This document shows, piece by piece, positions 17,253 through 31,866 of a stretch of DNA of 63,415 bases (position 1 is its first letter; every line of letters starts with the position of its first letter). The notes beneath the pieces are model-generated. The model searched no databases. It saw nothing but the letters and a program-made list of their open reading frames with translations, and had not been told where the DNA came from. The DNA is from Bacteroidales bacterium (lineage in GTDB: Bacteria > Bacteroidota > Bacteroidia > Bacteroidales > P3). The translations under genes were made by a program, and so were the position numbers. Location of the stretch: the NCBI GenBank assembly GCA_017613375.1, contig JAGADZ010000006.1, positions 1 through 63,415 of the forward strand. The letters are read 5' to 3'.

Positions 17253-17939
17253 ATGAAACGGAGATATTTGTTTTTAATAATTGTTGTTTTCGCTGTCATA
17301 TCATGCCGTACATCCACTACAGAAGTCGTGATGTCGGATACTTCGTTTATGAATGGTGACCTTATTTTTGTCGCCATGCCTTCCAATATGGAGAATCCCG
17401 CCGATACTGCTGATATGGGAAGTGCCATCGTTGCAGCGACAGGCGATTCTAATTCCCGGAACTATATCCATGTGGCTATAGTTGAGCGTTCAGGTGATTC
17501 GCTGTTTATCATAGATGCTACAATAAAGCGTGGTGTTGCACGCTATCCTATAGATACATTCTTCACGGATTTCCATAATCCCGATGGGACTCCGTTGCGT
17601 TTCGATGTGATGCGATTAAAGGAACAGGACAATATGGAATTGTTTGTCAGCAATGCAAAACGCTATGTGGGACAAGGGTACGACCTCTTTTTCAAGCCTG
17701 ACAACGACATGCAGTACTGTAGCGAGTTGGTCCGTAACGCCTATCGCATTAATGATTCTTCATACCTCTTCGATGAGGCTCCTATGAATTTCAGGAATCC
17801 AGACGGCTCTTTTTCACCGTATTGGATAAAGTTGTTTGAGGGTTTGGGAAGTCCGATACCACAGGATGTTATGGGTACAAACCCGAATTCCATGTCGCAT
17901 TCGCAACTGCTACGTTTTGTCAGAACTATTGTCAGATGA
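17253..17939 (+). CDS. YiiX/YaeF-type permuted papain-like (NlpC/P60 superfamily, C92) lipoprotein
   Basis: Lipobox AVISC. GDLIFV, HVAIV and MQYCSELVRNAY (catalytic Cys context) are in the permuted order. Confidence 0.6.
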   Translation: MKRRYLFLIIVVFAVISCRTSTTEVVMSDTSFMNGDLIFVAMPSNMENPADTADMGSAIVAATGDSNSRNYIHVAIVERSGDSLFIIDATIKRGVARYPIDTFFTDFHNPDGTPLRFDVMRLKEQDNMELFVSNAKRYVGQGYDLFFKPDNDMQYCSELVRNAYRINDSSYLFDEAPMNFRNPDGSFSPYWIKLFEGLGSPIPQDVMGTNPNSMSHSQLLRFVRTIVR

Positions 17940-17970
17940 TTTTTGTGGTAATATCTAAAAATGATTGACA

Positions 17971-19551
17971 ATGAAAAAAATAAAATTCTGTATACTGTTG
18001 TTTTTTGTATTGTCGTTCTCCTCCTCGATGGCTTGGGCCGTGAATCAGGATTCCGACACCCTCATATGGAATGGTAAGAAGTACGCGCTGCTTATCGACT
18101 GGCGCTGTCCTTCGGTGATGCAGGTTTATTATCAGCGCAGGGATATCAAATCTCCGTTCACTACGTGGAGCTCCAATAACAACCGCGGTCATGTCGCCAC
18201 ATTTGAATTGCGGGAGGACGGACTTTATCTGCTAAATATTGAAGCAAAGAGGTTCCGTACTCGCAAGGGGAATCTCTGGACAGAGACAGGCATTGACACT
18301 GTCGCTGTGCCGGATTTCTTTGGTGTAAAGCCGCTCTTTGCAGCTCAGCCTTTCGACGATGACGCGGTTCTCGCCGATTGGTTCTCGGGAGTCATAGAAT
18401 TGGTCTATATCCCTAAAGACAAGAAAGACAGAAAGAATCCTGAAACCGGCGGCAATAGGTTCCTCTATGTAAGGAACGGACGCATAGTGTCGAATCTTTT
18501 TATCACCTCGAAAGAACGTACACGAATAGAAGCAGAAACGAAGCATGACGATGTCATTGATGTCAATGCTCCGCTACCTTTTGGAGGCGACAGGGTCATG
18601 CAGCAGAAGGCCGAGATGATGTTCCGCCATTGGAGTTATATCTGTTTCTATTACCGTGGCATCGCCGACAGGGAGAATGTGACTATGAATGGTCACAGGG
18701 GCCAGTTTGAGCATAATGACTTTGACCTGCCCCTTGTCATGAAACGCTTCGACAACGACCCGATGAGATGGGTGTATAATTGGGAGCAAGAGTCTTTCCA
18801 AGGCGTACCCATAGGAACATGGGTGATACGCAATGACTCCATCTTCCTCGTATCTGTTGCCGTGCATGGAGGGTTAGAACCCTATAAGTATAGTATGACT
18901 CCAGTGCCTTTGGAAATTGCTTTTGGTGACACCCTTATGGACGACGGTACCCTTCTGGCCAGATGGCTCAATGGCGAATATGTCATACAGTACGGCAATG
19001 AGAGCGTTGACGATTACGGTATTCCACAGTATACAGTATACAAAACACAGCGTATCAGGGTAAAGAACGGTGTTATCCTCTCTTCTCAATACACGCCGAG
19101 GAGTTTCGAGGAGGATGCTGCAGAAGAGGAGGGCTCGGATTTCGCCCCATGCAATGCTGCAAATATATGGTCTGTGGAAGACAAGCAACTCGCAGAGGTC
19201 GTGGGAACTTTCAACGCTCCCAAGAAAGCTCCATCCTATCTGGGAGACAAACCGACGCTGAGAGGCTATTTCGTCACCCATCCGCTGACAGACGACCGTG
19301 TCAAAGACCGCCTGTTCCGTGTCCGTATAGGCTTTATGGTGAACTGTAAAGGCGAGGCCGGCAATTGGCAGATTATCAGCAAAGGGAAGGGTGAATTGCA
19401 TGAATTCGCACAGATGGTACTCGAGCTTGTCAAGGCGATGCCGCAGAACTGGATTCCGGCAGAAGATAAAAGAGGCAATAAAGTGGATTGCTGGCAATAC
19501 CTCGAGTTTACCGTGAATAACGGGGTTCTGACCAACGCCAACTATAAGTAG
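17971..19551 (+). CDS. Hypothetical secreted protein (526 aa)
   Basis: ATG at 17971 is preferred over the track's TTG at 17965. Signal peptide MKKIKFCILLFFVLSFSSSMAWA. The C-terminal roughly 90 aa is vaguely TonB-C-like. No firm family assignment. Confidence 0.6.
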   Translation: MKKIKFCILLFFVLSFSSSMAWAVNQDSDTLIWNGKKYALLIDWRCPSVMQVYYQRRDIKSPFTTWSSNNNRGHVATFELREDGLYLLNIEAKRFRTRKGNLWTETGIDTVAVPDFFGVKPLFAAQPFDDDAVLADWFSGVIELVYIPKDKKDRKNPETGGNRFLYVRNGRIVSNLFITSKERTRIEAETKHDDVIDVNAPLPFGGDRVMQQKAEMMFRHWSYICFYYRGIADRENVTMNGHRGQFEHNDFDLPLVMKRFDNDPMRWVYNWEQESFQGVPIGTWVIRNDSIFLVSVAVHGGLEPYKYSMTPVPLEIAFGDTLMDDGTLLARWLNGEYVIQYGNESVDDYGIPQYTVYKTQRIRVKNGVILSSQYTPRSFEEDAAEEEGSDFAPCNAANIWSVEDKQLAEVVGTFNAPKKAPSYLGDKPTLRGYFVTHPLTDDRVKDRLFRVRIGFMVNCKGEAGNWQIISKGKGELHEFAQMVLELVKAMPQNWIPAEDKRGNKVDCWQYLEFTVNNGVLTNANYK

Positions 19552-19554
19552 TAC

Positions 19555-19938
19555 TTACCGTTGTTTCTTTTCACGTCTAATTATCTCTCGTAGCCATCCG
19601 ATTGTCATATCGCGTCGGGAGACATTCTCTTGACTTTCCAATTTATAAGCCGACCGTTCAAACGGTATCTCCCGATAGGCTTTTTCGCTGTCACGATAGA
19701 CAATCAGGTTGGCAATCCAGAAAGCAAGGTACAACAGATAGAACCCGACAATAAGCAGGCTGATTTCTTGCCAAACATGAACGATTTCATGCCGCAATTC
19801 GGTGTCGTCCATTTTTCTTCCGTTGTGGAAAACAAACGGGAAAAGTGTGATGGCATGGAACCTCTTGGGCGGAAAGTGCCGTGTATGTATGATGACGGGA
19901 ATCATTGTTCTTCGCTCAAAGTCATTTGTCGACAACAA
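19555..19938 (-). CDS. Small membrane protein with an HExxH zincin-like motif
   Basis: RHEIVHVWQ is followed directly by a TM helix, ISLLIVGFYLLYLAFWIANLIV. The start may instead be the internal Met at 19905. Confidence 0.5.
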   Translation of the reverse strand: MLSTNDFERRTMIPVIIHTRHFPPKRFHAITLFPFVFHNGRKMDDTELRHEIVHVWQEISLLIVGFYLLYLAFWIANLIVYRDSEKAYREIPFERSAYKLESQENVSRRDMTIGWLREIIRREKKQR

Positions 19939-20133
19939 TCAAACGCTGATGTCTCATTTTTATTGCAACTGGAGATATACTGTTCGGCATAGTAAACTAT
20001 ACAATCAATGGTTTCGTTTTCCTCCATATAATAAACCGTACTTAAAGAGACGCAATAAAAACTCCTCTTTTGCGTTACTAAAAACCGAATAAAACGGCAA
20101 TTCTTCGCATTGCTTTAGAAAATCTTTTTCTTT

Positions 20134-20892
20134 ATGATACTTTGGTTTTCAGGATGTGGCAACAGCCGCTATGTGGCAGAAGAGCTGGCACGACTGACCG
20201 ACGACAGGCTGGCGTTCATCGACCCCAACGACAAAAGTCCTCGCATAGAGCTGTCGCCCGACGAGGCATTGGGTTTTGTCTGTCCTGTCTATGCGTGGGC
20301 AGTGCCGCGTCTGGTAGATGATTTTGTACGGCGAATGACGTTGACCGGCAGGCCCTCTTACTGCTATCTTGCCTGCACCTGCGGCGACAATGTCGGCCGA
20401 ACACCGGAACGTTTCTCAAAGACACTCTCAAAACAGGGGCTGACGCTCAATGCCGCCTTTGGATTTGTCATGCCAGAGACCTACATCAACCTCAGGGGGT
20501 TCAATCTGGACAGCCCGGAAAACGAACAACGCAAGATTGCCGCAGTCAAGGAACGCCTGCCTCGTGTTGCCGAGCAGATAATGCAACGGAAAGAAACGGT
20601 TGATGTTGTTCGTGGAACAGCACCGTGGATTACAAGTTATTTGATCAATCCGCTGTTTTATGGCTTGCTGATTACCGACAGGAAATTCCATGTCAACGAC
20701 GACTGTATCCATTGCGGTATATGTGAGAAATCATGCCCTTTGGGCAATATTGCCATAAAAGAAGGGCTTCCAGTCTGGCAAGGGAACTGCACAAACTGTA
20801 TGTCGTGCTACCACCACTGCCCAAAAAACGCCATCCATTTCGGCAAAGCCACGCTTGGCAAGGGGCAGTACTTCTTCAGGACTCACGATTGA
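20134..20892 (+). CDS. EFR1-family ferredoxin (flavodoxin-like domain + 2x[4Fe-4S])
   Basis: N-terminus MILWFSGCGNSRYVAEEL. C-terminus CIHCGICEKSCP and CTNCMSCYHHCP. Confidence 0.8.
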   Translation: MILWFSGCGNSRYVAEELARLTDDRLAFIDPNDKSPRIELSPDEALGFVCPVYAWAVPRLVDDFVRRMTLTGRPSYCYLACTCGDNVGRTPERFSKTLSKQGLTLNAAFGFVMPETYINLRGFNLDSPENEQRKIAAVKERLPRVAEQIMQRKETVDVVRGTAPWITSYLINPLFYGLLITDRKFHVNDDCIHCGICEKSCPLGNIAIKEGLPVWQGNCTNCMSCYHHCPKNAIHFGKATLGKGQYFFRTHD

Positions 20893-21055
20893 AGTCGTCC
20901 GTAATGCCTGAACAATCAGGACTTTTATTTGCTGTGCACTCGCTGCAAGGGTAGCTTTGCACTTGTCAGAGGTCTTGTTGTAGGGAGCGTTGATTGTGGA
21001 ATACATTGTTCAGCAATTCAAGAACTGGAGAAAAGAGCATAATCGAAAAAAAGTA

Positions 21056-21063
21056 TATATTTG
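21056..21063 (+). promoter_or_regulatory. -7 promoter box TATATTTG
   Basis: TAnnTTTG match 37 nt upstream of the ATG at 21100. Confidence 0.5.
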
Positions 21064-21099
21064 CATTGAATATGTTATTGTAAAATTATTCTTAATGGC

Positions 21100-22188
21100 A
21101 TGATTATGAAGAAAAAACTATTCGTTTCAATCGTCGTTGCATTGTTTGCACTGCCTGTTTTAGCACAAGAGGCAAGGCGCGATGTGTTGTTTGTCATGGG
21201 TCCTCATGAGGAAATTTATGCGGAAGAATATCAGTTCAGACTAAAAGCCAACGATGTAAACTATGCCTGTGTATTATATGATACTGTCAGTGAAGAAGAA
21301 ACACTTATATATAATGGCGAGAGGAAAGGGACGGTTGAGTATGTTTATTATATAGATTTGAATGATTTCAACAGGTTTGTATTTACGTTTTCAGGAAAAG
21401 ATGGAAAGTACATTTTTGCCAATGGACATAATTATGGTCCCTATAAAGAGGTTAGATCTGATATGTATGAAAGAGAGCCTATGACCAGTGGCCGTTTTGT
21501 ATTCTCGTATGAGGGGAGTGACATATATGTCCATGATTATGATGGCAAGATATATCCTCTCAAGGATGGCCGCCACGAGTACAAAAGTCTCAATAAGCAG
21601 CATACTCTTAAAGTGAGCGATGACTATACCACTTATACACTTGATGGGTATGAATTCACACTCCCTTTACCGGAAAACTTCGAAATTTCGACGGGTTATT
21701 TTGAATACTATCCCGTAGATATCTTTGTTTTCAACAATGGTAATTGCTTCATCGATATTCATGGTAAAACTCCAGAGACTGGTTATTATTCTGCGAGTTT
21801 TTTTGTCGAGGGTTTTTATGTGAAGAAACTATCTGATCAGCGTGTTGATTTTGAATCTGGTGAACTGGCAGGTTCTGCAAGGGATTCTTTTATCAATAAG
21901 CAAAATTTTGAAAATAATCCACATTCTTTTAGTTTTTCGGAGGATGATTATGATTATGTGGAGAATGAGGAGACTGGGGAGTATCAGGTCGCCTATGAGT
22001 TTGTTATGAATGACCGTTCTGACCGTCATTCTTTCTTCGCCAACTGGAAACATGACTATGTCATCATTGACGGAAAACATTATGGTCGTGCATGTCCTAT
22101 AGAAGCTAAATATGATGCAGAGAACAACCGTTTTATTTGGTTTGCTATCGAGGGCCGGGAGGTTGTAAGATATATTTTCCAACTGTAA
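21100..22188 (+). CDS. Hypothetical secreted protein
   Basis: Signal peptide MKKKLFVSIVVALFALPVLAQE. Tyr/Phe/Asp-rich. No family recognised. Confidence 0.6.
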   Translation: MIMKKKLFVSIVVALFALPVLAQEARRDVLFVMGPHEEIYAEEYQFRLKANDVNYACVLYDTVSEEETLIYNGERKGTVEYVYYIDLNDFNRFVFTFSGKDGKYIFANGHNYGPYKEVRSDMYEREPMTSGRFVFSYEGSDIYVHDYDGKIYPLKDGRHEYKSLNKQHTLKVSDDYTTYTLDGYEFTLPLPENFEISTGYFEYYPVDIFVFNNGNCFIDIHGKTPETGYYSASFFVEGFYVKKLSDQRVDFESGELAGSARDSFINKQNFENNPHSFSFSEDDYDYVENEETGEYQVAYEFVMNDRSDRHSFFANWKHDYVIIDGKHYGRACPIEAKYDAENNRFIWFAIEGREVVRYIFQL

Positions 22189-22199
22189 AGTACTGACGT

Positions 22200-22877
22200 A
22201 TGACACTCTGTCTCGCTCTGCTGCTTGCCGTCGGCGGTTTCTTTGACGCATATCCCAAAGATGCAAACGCAACTATAGATTTTATCGGGAATCACAGGGA
22301 GATTCGGGAGATTCTTGTAAAAACCATGTCCGACGATGTGGCTGATATGGCTATTGCCATAGTGGCTCCTGAGATTAGCCAGTACTCTTCGGTCACCAAC
22401 TTTGCCCAGCAGAGGTCTTTGTCGCTTTCTTATATCCTTTACGGTCGCGGTGATTTCAGCGTCGGACGGTTCCAGATGAAGCCCTCTTTCGCCGAGGCTG
22501 TGGAGAAAACAGTGGCATCTGACAGGGAATTGAAGACGCTTCATCCGAAACTATGTTTTGTCGTGGCTGAGGATGCTGATGAGATGTCTCTGCGAGAACA
22601 GCGTCATGACCGTCTGGAGAGGCTTTCGTCTCTGGAATGGCAATGCCGTTATCTCGCCGCATTCATCAGTATTGTAGAAAAGCAGACCGGTTCAATGACG
22701 TTCAGTTCCAAAGAGGAGAGGCTGCGATACTGGGCCACTCTGTACAATGCCGGACTGAACCGCACCGCTTCTCAGGTGGCAGCGATACAGAAAAAGAAAC
22801 AGTTTCCACGTTTCGGCAATGTCAAGTTCAATTATGCCGATGTCGCGGTGGAGTTCTACAGACATTTAAAGAGGTAG
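22200..22877 (+). CDS. Putative lytic-transglycosylase-like (SLT/lysozyme-like superfamily) protein
   Basis: The motif order PEISQYSS (Glu-Ser), GRFQMKPSFA (GLMQ-like) and YWATLYNAGLN (AYNAG-like) follows the SLT domain pattern. N-terminal signal-like segment. Assigned by eye only. Confidence 0.45.
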   Translation: MTLCLALLLAVGGFFDAYPKDANATIDFIGNHREIREILVKTMSDDVADMAIAIVAPEISQYSSVTNFAQQRSLSLSYILYGRGDFSVGRFQMKPSFAEAVEKTVASDRELKTLHPKLCFVVAEDADEMSLREQRHDRLERLSSLEWQCRYLAAFISIVEKQTGSMTFSSKEERLRYWATLYNAGLNRTASQVAAIQKKKQFPRFGNVKFNYADVAVEFYRHLKR

Positions 22878-22887
22878 TTTTTTCCTG

Positions 22888-27620
<4,733 letters not shown>

Positions 27621-27623
27621 AAC

Positions 27624-28520
27624 CTATTTCTTTTCCTTGCCAGTCTTCCACATCTGCCAGCTGTTCCATACGTTTTGGAATATGGAGTAGAACGCCATAA
27701 ATACCGATGCCAATGGTGTCAGGTAGTAGTTGGCCATCCAGATGCCCATAGCAGTGTTTTTCTGCCCCAGCAGTTGACCACCGCTTATCTTGTCGCCATA
27801 TCGACCTCCAAGCCATCTGCCAAAGCCGAACTGCACAATGCAGAACATCAGGGAGGCAACACCGAGCCAGGCAATGCTGCTCCAGTTGCCCTCTCCGTGC
27901 AGGAATATGAAATCTATCGTCTGGCCAAGGGTGAAGAGCAGTGCCAATGACCATAGGTAGAATGACAGCCCTTTGTAGCGGCAAAGGAAGCCGCTTGCTT
28001 TAGGCCACCAGAGTAGCAGAGCCCAGGCAATGAAGAACGGTATGCCCAGGACAGTGCCGATACGTTTTAGAATCATGAAGAACGACTCAAAAAAGGGCAT
28101 GTCTTGATTGGTGCCGATAAAAGAAAAGAAAATGGGTGCCACCACCGCTACCATAAGGTTGCCGATGATGGTGTATGCCGTCACCGTCTCGCGGTTGGCG
28201 CCAAGCATACAGCTGATGACGGCTACAGATGACGCCACAGGGCAGAGCACACCTATCAGCACTCCTTCGGCGACAATGTTGCCAGCCCCCAACCATTTCA
28301 ATACTAAGTAAGACCCGAGACTTACGGTGATTTGGAACAGCATCAGCCAGATATCAAGTCTGGACATACGCAACTTCCTAATGTCCACGGCCGAGAAAGT
28401 GAGCAGCAGAATGGAGAAGATGATGTATGGCACCAAAAAACTGAACATAGCGCACCAGTGGTGCAGCAGAAGGCCAAGAATGATGGCAATTGGCAATATG
28501 TAACTTCGGTATTTTTGCAT
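27624..28520 (-). CDS. Polytopic membrane transporter (bile acid:Na+ symporter / SBF-like family, putative)
   Basis: About 9-10 TM helices. The start was trimmed to the second MQKY at 28520, which lies about 80 nt downstream of a minus-strand TATCTTTG box (28599..28606). Confidence 0.55.
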   Translation of the reverse strand: MQKYRSYILPIAIILGLLLHHWCAMFSFLVPYIIFSILLLTFSAVDIRKLRMSRLDIWLMLFQITVSLGSYLVLKWLGAGNIVAEGVLIGVLCPVASSVAVISCMLGANRETVTAYTIIGNLMVAVVAPIFFSFIGTNQDMPFFESFFMILKRIGTVLGIPFFIAWALLLWWPKASGFLCRYKGLSFYLWSLALLFTLGQTIDFIFLHGEGNWSSIAWLGVASLMFCIVQFGFGRWLGGRYGDKISGGQLLGQKNTAMGIWMANYYLTPLASVFMAFYSIFQNVWNSWQMWKTGKEKK

Positions 28521-28638
28521 TTTATTATTGTGGCAACAATAATGCTTATAGTTGTTAGTCATAATGTTATGACAAACAGCCGCTCTCTGTTGGCGTTGCA
28601 AAGATAAGGGAAAACATCTTATATTTCGTAAAAATGTG

Positions 28639-28646
28639 TATTTTTG
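28639..28646 (+). promoter_or_regulatory. -7 promoter box TATTTTTG
   Basis: TAnnTTTG match 26 nt upstream of the ATG at 28672. Confidence 0.5.
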
Positions 28647-28671
28647 CAAAATCTTTACAAGTTATTCCAAG

Positions 28672-29427
28672 ATGTTAAGAGAAGAGACTGTTTTTGGACC
28701 TATTCATAGCCGTCGACTCGGTACGTCGCTCGGCATCAATTTGTTGCCCGAGAAGGGTAAGTTCTGCAACTTTGACTGCATCTACTGCGAGTGCGGCTGG
28801 AACCGTGACGGACGCAATGATACCAAACTGCCTTCTGCCGAGAAGGTCCGTCACGACCTGAGTAATAAACTGCAGGATTTGGCTGGCGAAGGTATCACTG
28901 TCGATTCCATAACCTTCAGCGGTGACGGTGAGCCGACACTTAACCCGGAGTTCCCACAGATTATTGACGACACTATCGCCTTGCGCGACCGTTATGCACC
29001 GACAGCAAAGGTCTCCATCCTTTCCAACGCTACACGAGTCCATATTCCCGAAGTGTTTGCCGCCTTGTGCAAGGTCGACAACCCAATTCTGAAAATAGAC
29101 GCTCCCACCAACGAGTTGATTGCAAAAATCAACAACCCAGCCCCTGGTTATGACGTGGCTCGTGTCATTGAGGCTCTAAAAAAGTTCGAGGGCAATTTCA
29201 TACTTCAATGGTGTATGTTGCGTAGCCCCGATTTTGACTCCTCCAAGCCTGAGGTGGTGGAGGGGATGCTCGATATCATAAGGCTCCTTCATCCTCGCGA
29301 GGTTATGGTCTACACTATCGACAGGCCTACACCGGCTCAGGATTTACAGAAATTGTCGGTCGATGAAATGCACAGGCTCCTGCAGCCTCTCATCGACGAA
29401 GGCTTCAAGGTCCAGATAAAAGGATGA
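28672..29427 (+). CDS. Radical SAM protein
   Basis: CNFDCIYC (CxxxCxxC) cluster motif near the N-terminus. The start was trimmed to MLREET because the track start lies inside the promoter box. Confidence 0.8.
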   Translation: MLREETVFGPIHSRRLGTSLGINLLPEKGKFCNFDCIYCECGWNRDGRNDTKLPSAEKVRHDLSNKLQDLAGEGITVDSITFSGDGEPTLNPEFPQIIDDTIALRDRYAPTAKVSILSNATRVHIPEVFAALCKVDNPILKIDAPTNELIAKINNPAPGYDVARVIEALKKFEGNFILQWCMLRSPDFDSSKPEVVEGMLDIIRLLHPREVMVYTIDRPTPAQDLQKLSVDEMHRLLQPLIDEGFKVQIKG

Positions 29428-29551
29428 TGTTTTTATAAAGCACCGTGTGATGCTTGTCTATCAGTGTGATAAAAAAATATTTGTATAATTTGAAAAAAAA
29501 TCATAATTTTGCAAATTCGAATTCATTAATTATAAATTAAATATATCAGAA

Positions 29552-31138
29552 ATGTCAAAGTTGCTTTTGCTTGGCGATGAGGCTATTGCCCAAGCCTTTA
29601 TAGATGCCGGCGGTAGTGCCATAAACAGCTACCCTGGAACTCCCTCGACGCAGATTACAGAATATGTGATTAAATCAAAAGAAGCCAAGGAAAAAGGCGT
29701 TGTTGCCAACTGGTGCGCCAACGAGAAAACAGCCCTTGAGGCTTCTATCGGTGTGGCTTATGCAGGCAAGCGTGCCATGACTTGTATGAAGCACGTTGGT
29801 CTGAATGTCTGTGGAGACCCTTTCATGAATGCCGCCATCATCGGCACCAAAGGCGTCATCATCGTTGTTGCTGACGACCCCAGCATGTTCTCCTCTCAGG
29901 ACGAACAGGACAGCCGCTACTACGGTCACTGGGCTATGATTCCCATGCTTGAGCCCAGCAACCAGCAAGAGGCCTACGATATGGTCTTCTTTGGCTATGA
30001 ACTCTCAGAGAAACTCGGCACCCCGATTCTCTATCGCATCCCCACCCGTCTTGCCCACAGCCGCGCAGGTGTGGAACGCCGTCCTGCTCTGCCGCAGAAT
30101 CCGCTGACAAGTCCTAGCGACCCGAAGAGTTTCGTGCTGCTGCCTGTCAACGCCAAGCGTCTGTATCGCGACCTTATAGACAAACAGCCTGCTTTCACAA
30201 AATCAAGCGAGGAGAGCGGATTCAACAAATACTATGAAGGTACCGACAAGAGCCGTGGTATCATCACCACTGGCATCGCCTTCAACTACCTGCAGGAGAA
30301 TTTCCCCGGCGGCAAATGCCCCTATCCTGTTGTAAAAATTACACAGTATCCGTTGCCGTTCAATATGCTTAACAAACTGTATGACGAAGTCGACGAGATA
30401 CTCGTCCTCGAGGATGGCCAGCCATTCGTGGAGGAACATATCAAAGGTTTCCTTGGCAAAGGCAAGCCTGTCCACGGTCGTATCGATGAGACTATCCGTC
30501 GCGATGGCGAGCTGAATGCTGAGAAGGTCGCCAAGGCTCTTGGCCTCACCGTTCCCAACGGCCCTGCTGTACCTGATGTTGTAACCAACCGTCCTCCGGC
30601 ACTCTGCGTGGGATGTCCTCATATCGACAGTTACGAGGCTGTTGTCGAGGTTATGAAGAAATACCCCAACGGACGTGTCTTCGGTGATATTGGATGCTAC
30701 ACCCTCGGATTCAACATGGGTGCCATCAACACCACCGTCTGCATGGGAGCCTCTGTCACCATGGCCAAGGGTGCTTCCGAAATGGGTATCTTCCCCGCAA
30801 TCGGTGTCATCGGCGATGGCACTTTCGGTCACAGCGGCATGACAGGCCTGTTGGATTGTGTCAACGAGAAAGCCAACGTCATCATCATGATTCTCGACAA
30901 CGACATCACTGCTATGACAGGTGGCCAGCCCTCAAGCGCCAATCAGAAGCTTTTCAATATCTGCAAGGGCCTCGGTGTTGACCCGGATCATATCCGCACC
31001 ATCGTGCCTCTGAAGAAAAACCACGACGAATTTGTCAAGATTCTCGAGGAGGAAATCGCTTACAACGGTGTCAGCGTCATTATCCCGCAGCGCGTATGCA
31101 TTGTTGAGAATAAAAAGAGAATTGCAGCAAAGAAATAA
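29552..31138 (+). CDS. iorA: Indolepyruvate:ferredoxin oxidoreductase subunit alpha
   Basis: 528 aa. TPP-enzyme N-terminus GDEAIAQAFIDAG...YPGTPST, a CxGCPH segment and GDGTFGHSG are typical of IorA. Confidence 0.85.
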   Translation: MSKLLLLGDEAIAQAFIDAGGSAINSYPGTPSTQITEYVIKSKEAKEKGVVANWCANEKTALEASIGVAYAGKRAMTCMKHVGLNVCGDPFMNAAIIGTKGVIIVVADDPSMFSSQDEQDSRYYGHWAMIPMLEPSNQQEAYDMVFFGYELSEKLGTPILYRIPTRLAHSRAGVERRPALPQNPLTSPSDPKSFVLLPVNAKRLYRDLIDKQPAFTKSSEESGFNKYYEGTDKSRGIITTGIAFNYLQENFPGGKCPYPVVKITQYPLPFNMLNKLYDEVDEILVLEDGQPFVEEHIKGFLGKGKPVHGRIDETIRRDGELNAEKVAKALGLTVPNGPAVPDVVTNRPPALCVGCPHIDSYEAVVEVMKKYPNGRVFGDIGCYTLGFNMGAINTTVCMGASVTMAKGASEMGIFPAIGVIGDGTFGHSGMTGLLDCVNEKANVIIMILDNDITAMTGGQPSSANQKLFNICKGLGVDPDHIRTIVPLKKNHDEFVKILEEEIAYNGVSVIIPQRVCIVENKKRIAAKK

Positions 31139-31140
31139 AA

Positions 31141-31217
31141 TTAGTGAATCGTGAATAGTGACGAATGAATAGAAAGACGATTTTTTGATATCTCTAATCA
31201 CCAATCACTAATCACTC
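31141..31217. repeat. Imperfect inverted repeat built from GTGAAT(n) heptamer words in the iorA-iorB spacer
   Basis: The left arm is ttagtgaatcgtgaatagtgacgaatgaatag and the right arm is ctaatcaccaatcactaatcactc. Its reverse complement, gagtgattagtgattggtgattag, matches about 15/19 positions of the left arm. Confidence 0.6.
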
Positions 31218-31231
31218 AAAAAAGAATAACA

Positions 31232-31795
31232 ATGAAAAAAGACATCATACTTTGTGGCGTAGGCGGTGACGGTATCGTTTCCGTAGCCAAAATCATAAGC
31301 GACGCAGCCCTTAATTTGGGCCTTAATGTTAAGCAGAGCGAAATCCACGGTATGTCTCAACGCGGCGGTTCTGTATTCAGCCACCTCCGCGTCAGCAGCG
31401 ACCCCATTTTCGCTGACGTCATCCCTGAAGGTAAGGCCGACATCATCCTTAGCTCCGAGCCCATGGAAGCTCTCCGCTATCTGCCTTTCCTCGCTCCCGA
31501 CGGCGTGGTGATTACCAACAGCGACCCCTTTATAAATATCACCAACTATCCCGATATGGAAAAAGTCAATGCTGAGTTGGCTAAGCTGCCGAAATGCGTC
31601 AGCTTTAACGCCAATGCCATTGCCAAGGAACTCAATGCCCGCGGTAATATGGTATTGCTTGGCGCTGCTGCCCCATATCTCGAGATTGCTTTCGAAGAAC
31701 TTGAAAAAGCTATTAAGTCAATCTTCGGTCGTAAAGGCGATGCTGTCGTAGATACAAATATTAAGGCTATCCGTGCCGGTCGCGACGCTAAATAA
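31232..31795 (+). CDS. iorB: Indolepyruvate:ferredoxin oxidoreductase subunit beta
   Basis: 187 aa. ILCGVGGDGIVS and SEIHGMSQRGGSV are typical of the gamma-like IorB subunit. Confidence 0.85.
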   Translation: MKKDIILCGVGGDGIVSVAKIISDAALNLGLNVKQSEIHGMSQRGGSVFSHLRVSSDPIFADVIPEGKADIILSSEPMEALRYLPFLAPDGVVITNSDPFINITNYPDMEKVNAELAKLPKCVSFNANAIAKELNARGNMVLLGAAAPYLEIAFEELEKAIKSIFGRKGDAVVDTNIKAIRAGRDAK

Positions 31796-31813
31796 ACATA
31801 ATAGAATTCCAAT

Positions 31814-31845
31814 AAAGGAGAGATCTTCCGGTCTCTCCTTTTTAT
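31814..31845 (+). terminator. Intrinsic terminator after iorB
   Basis: AGGAGAGA-tcttccg-(G)TCTCTCCT stem followed by TTTTT. Confidence 0.7.
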
Positions 31846-31866
31846 GTTTCATACAGAGTTGAGGAC

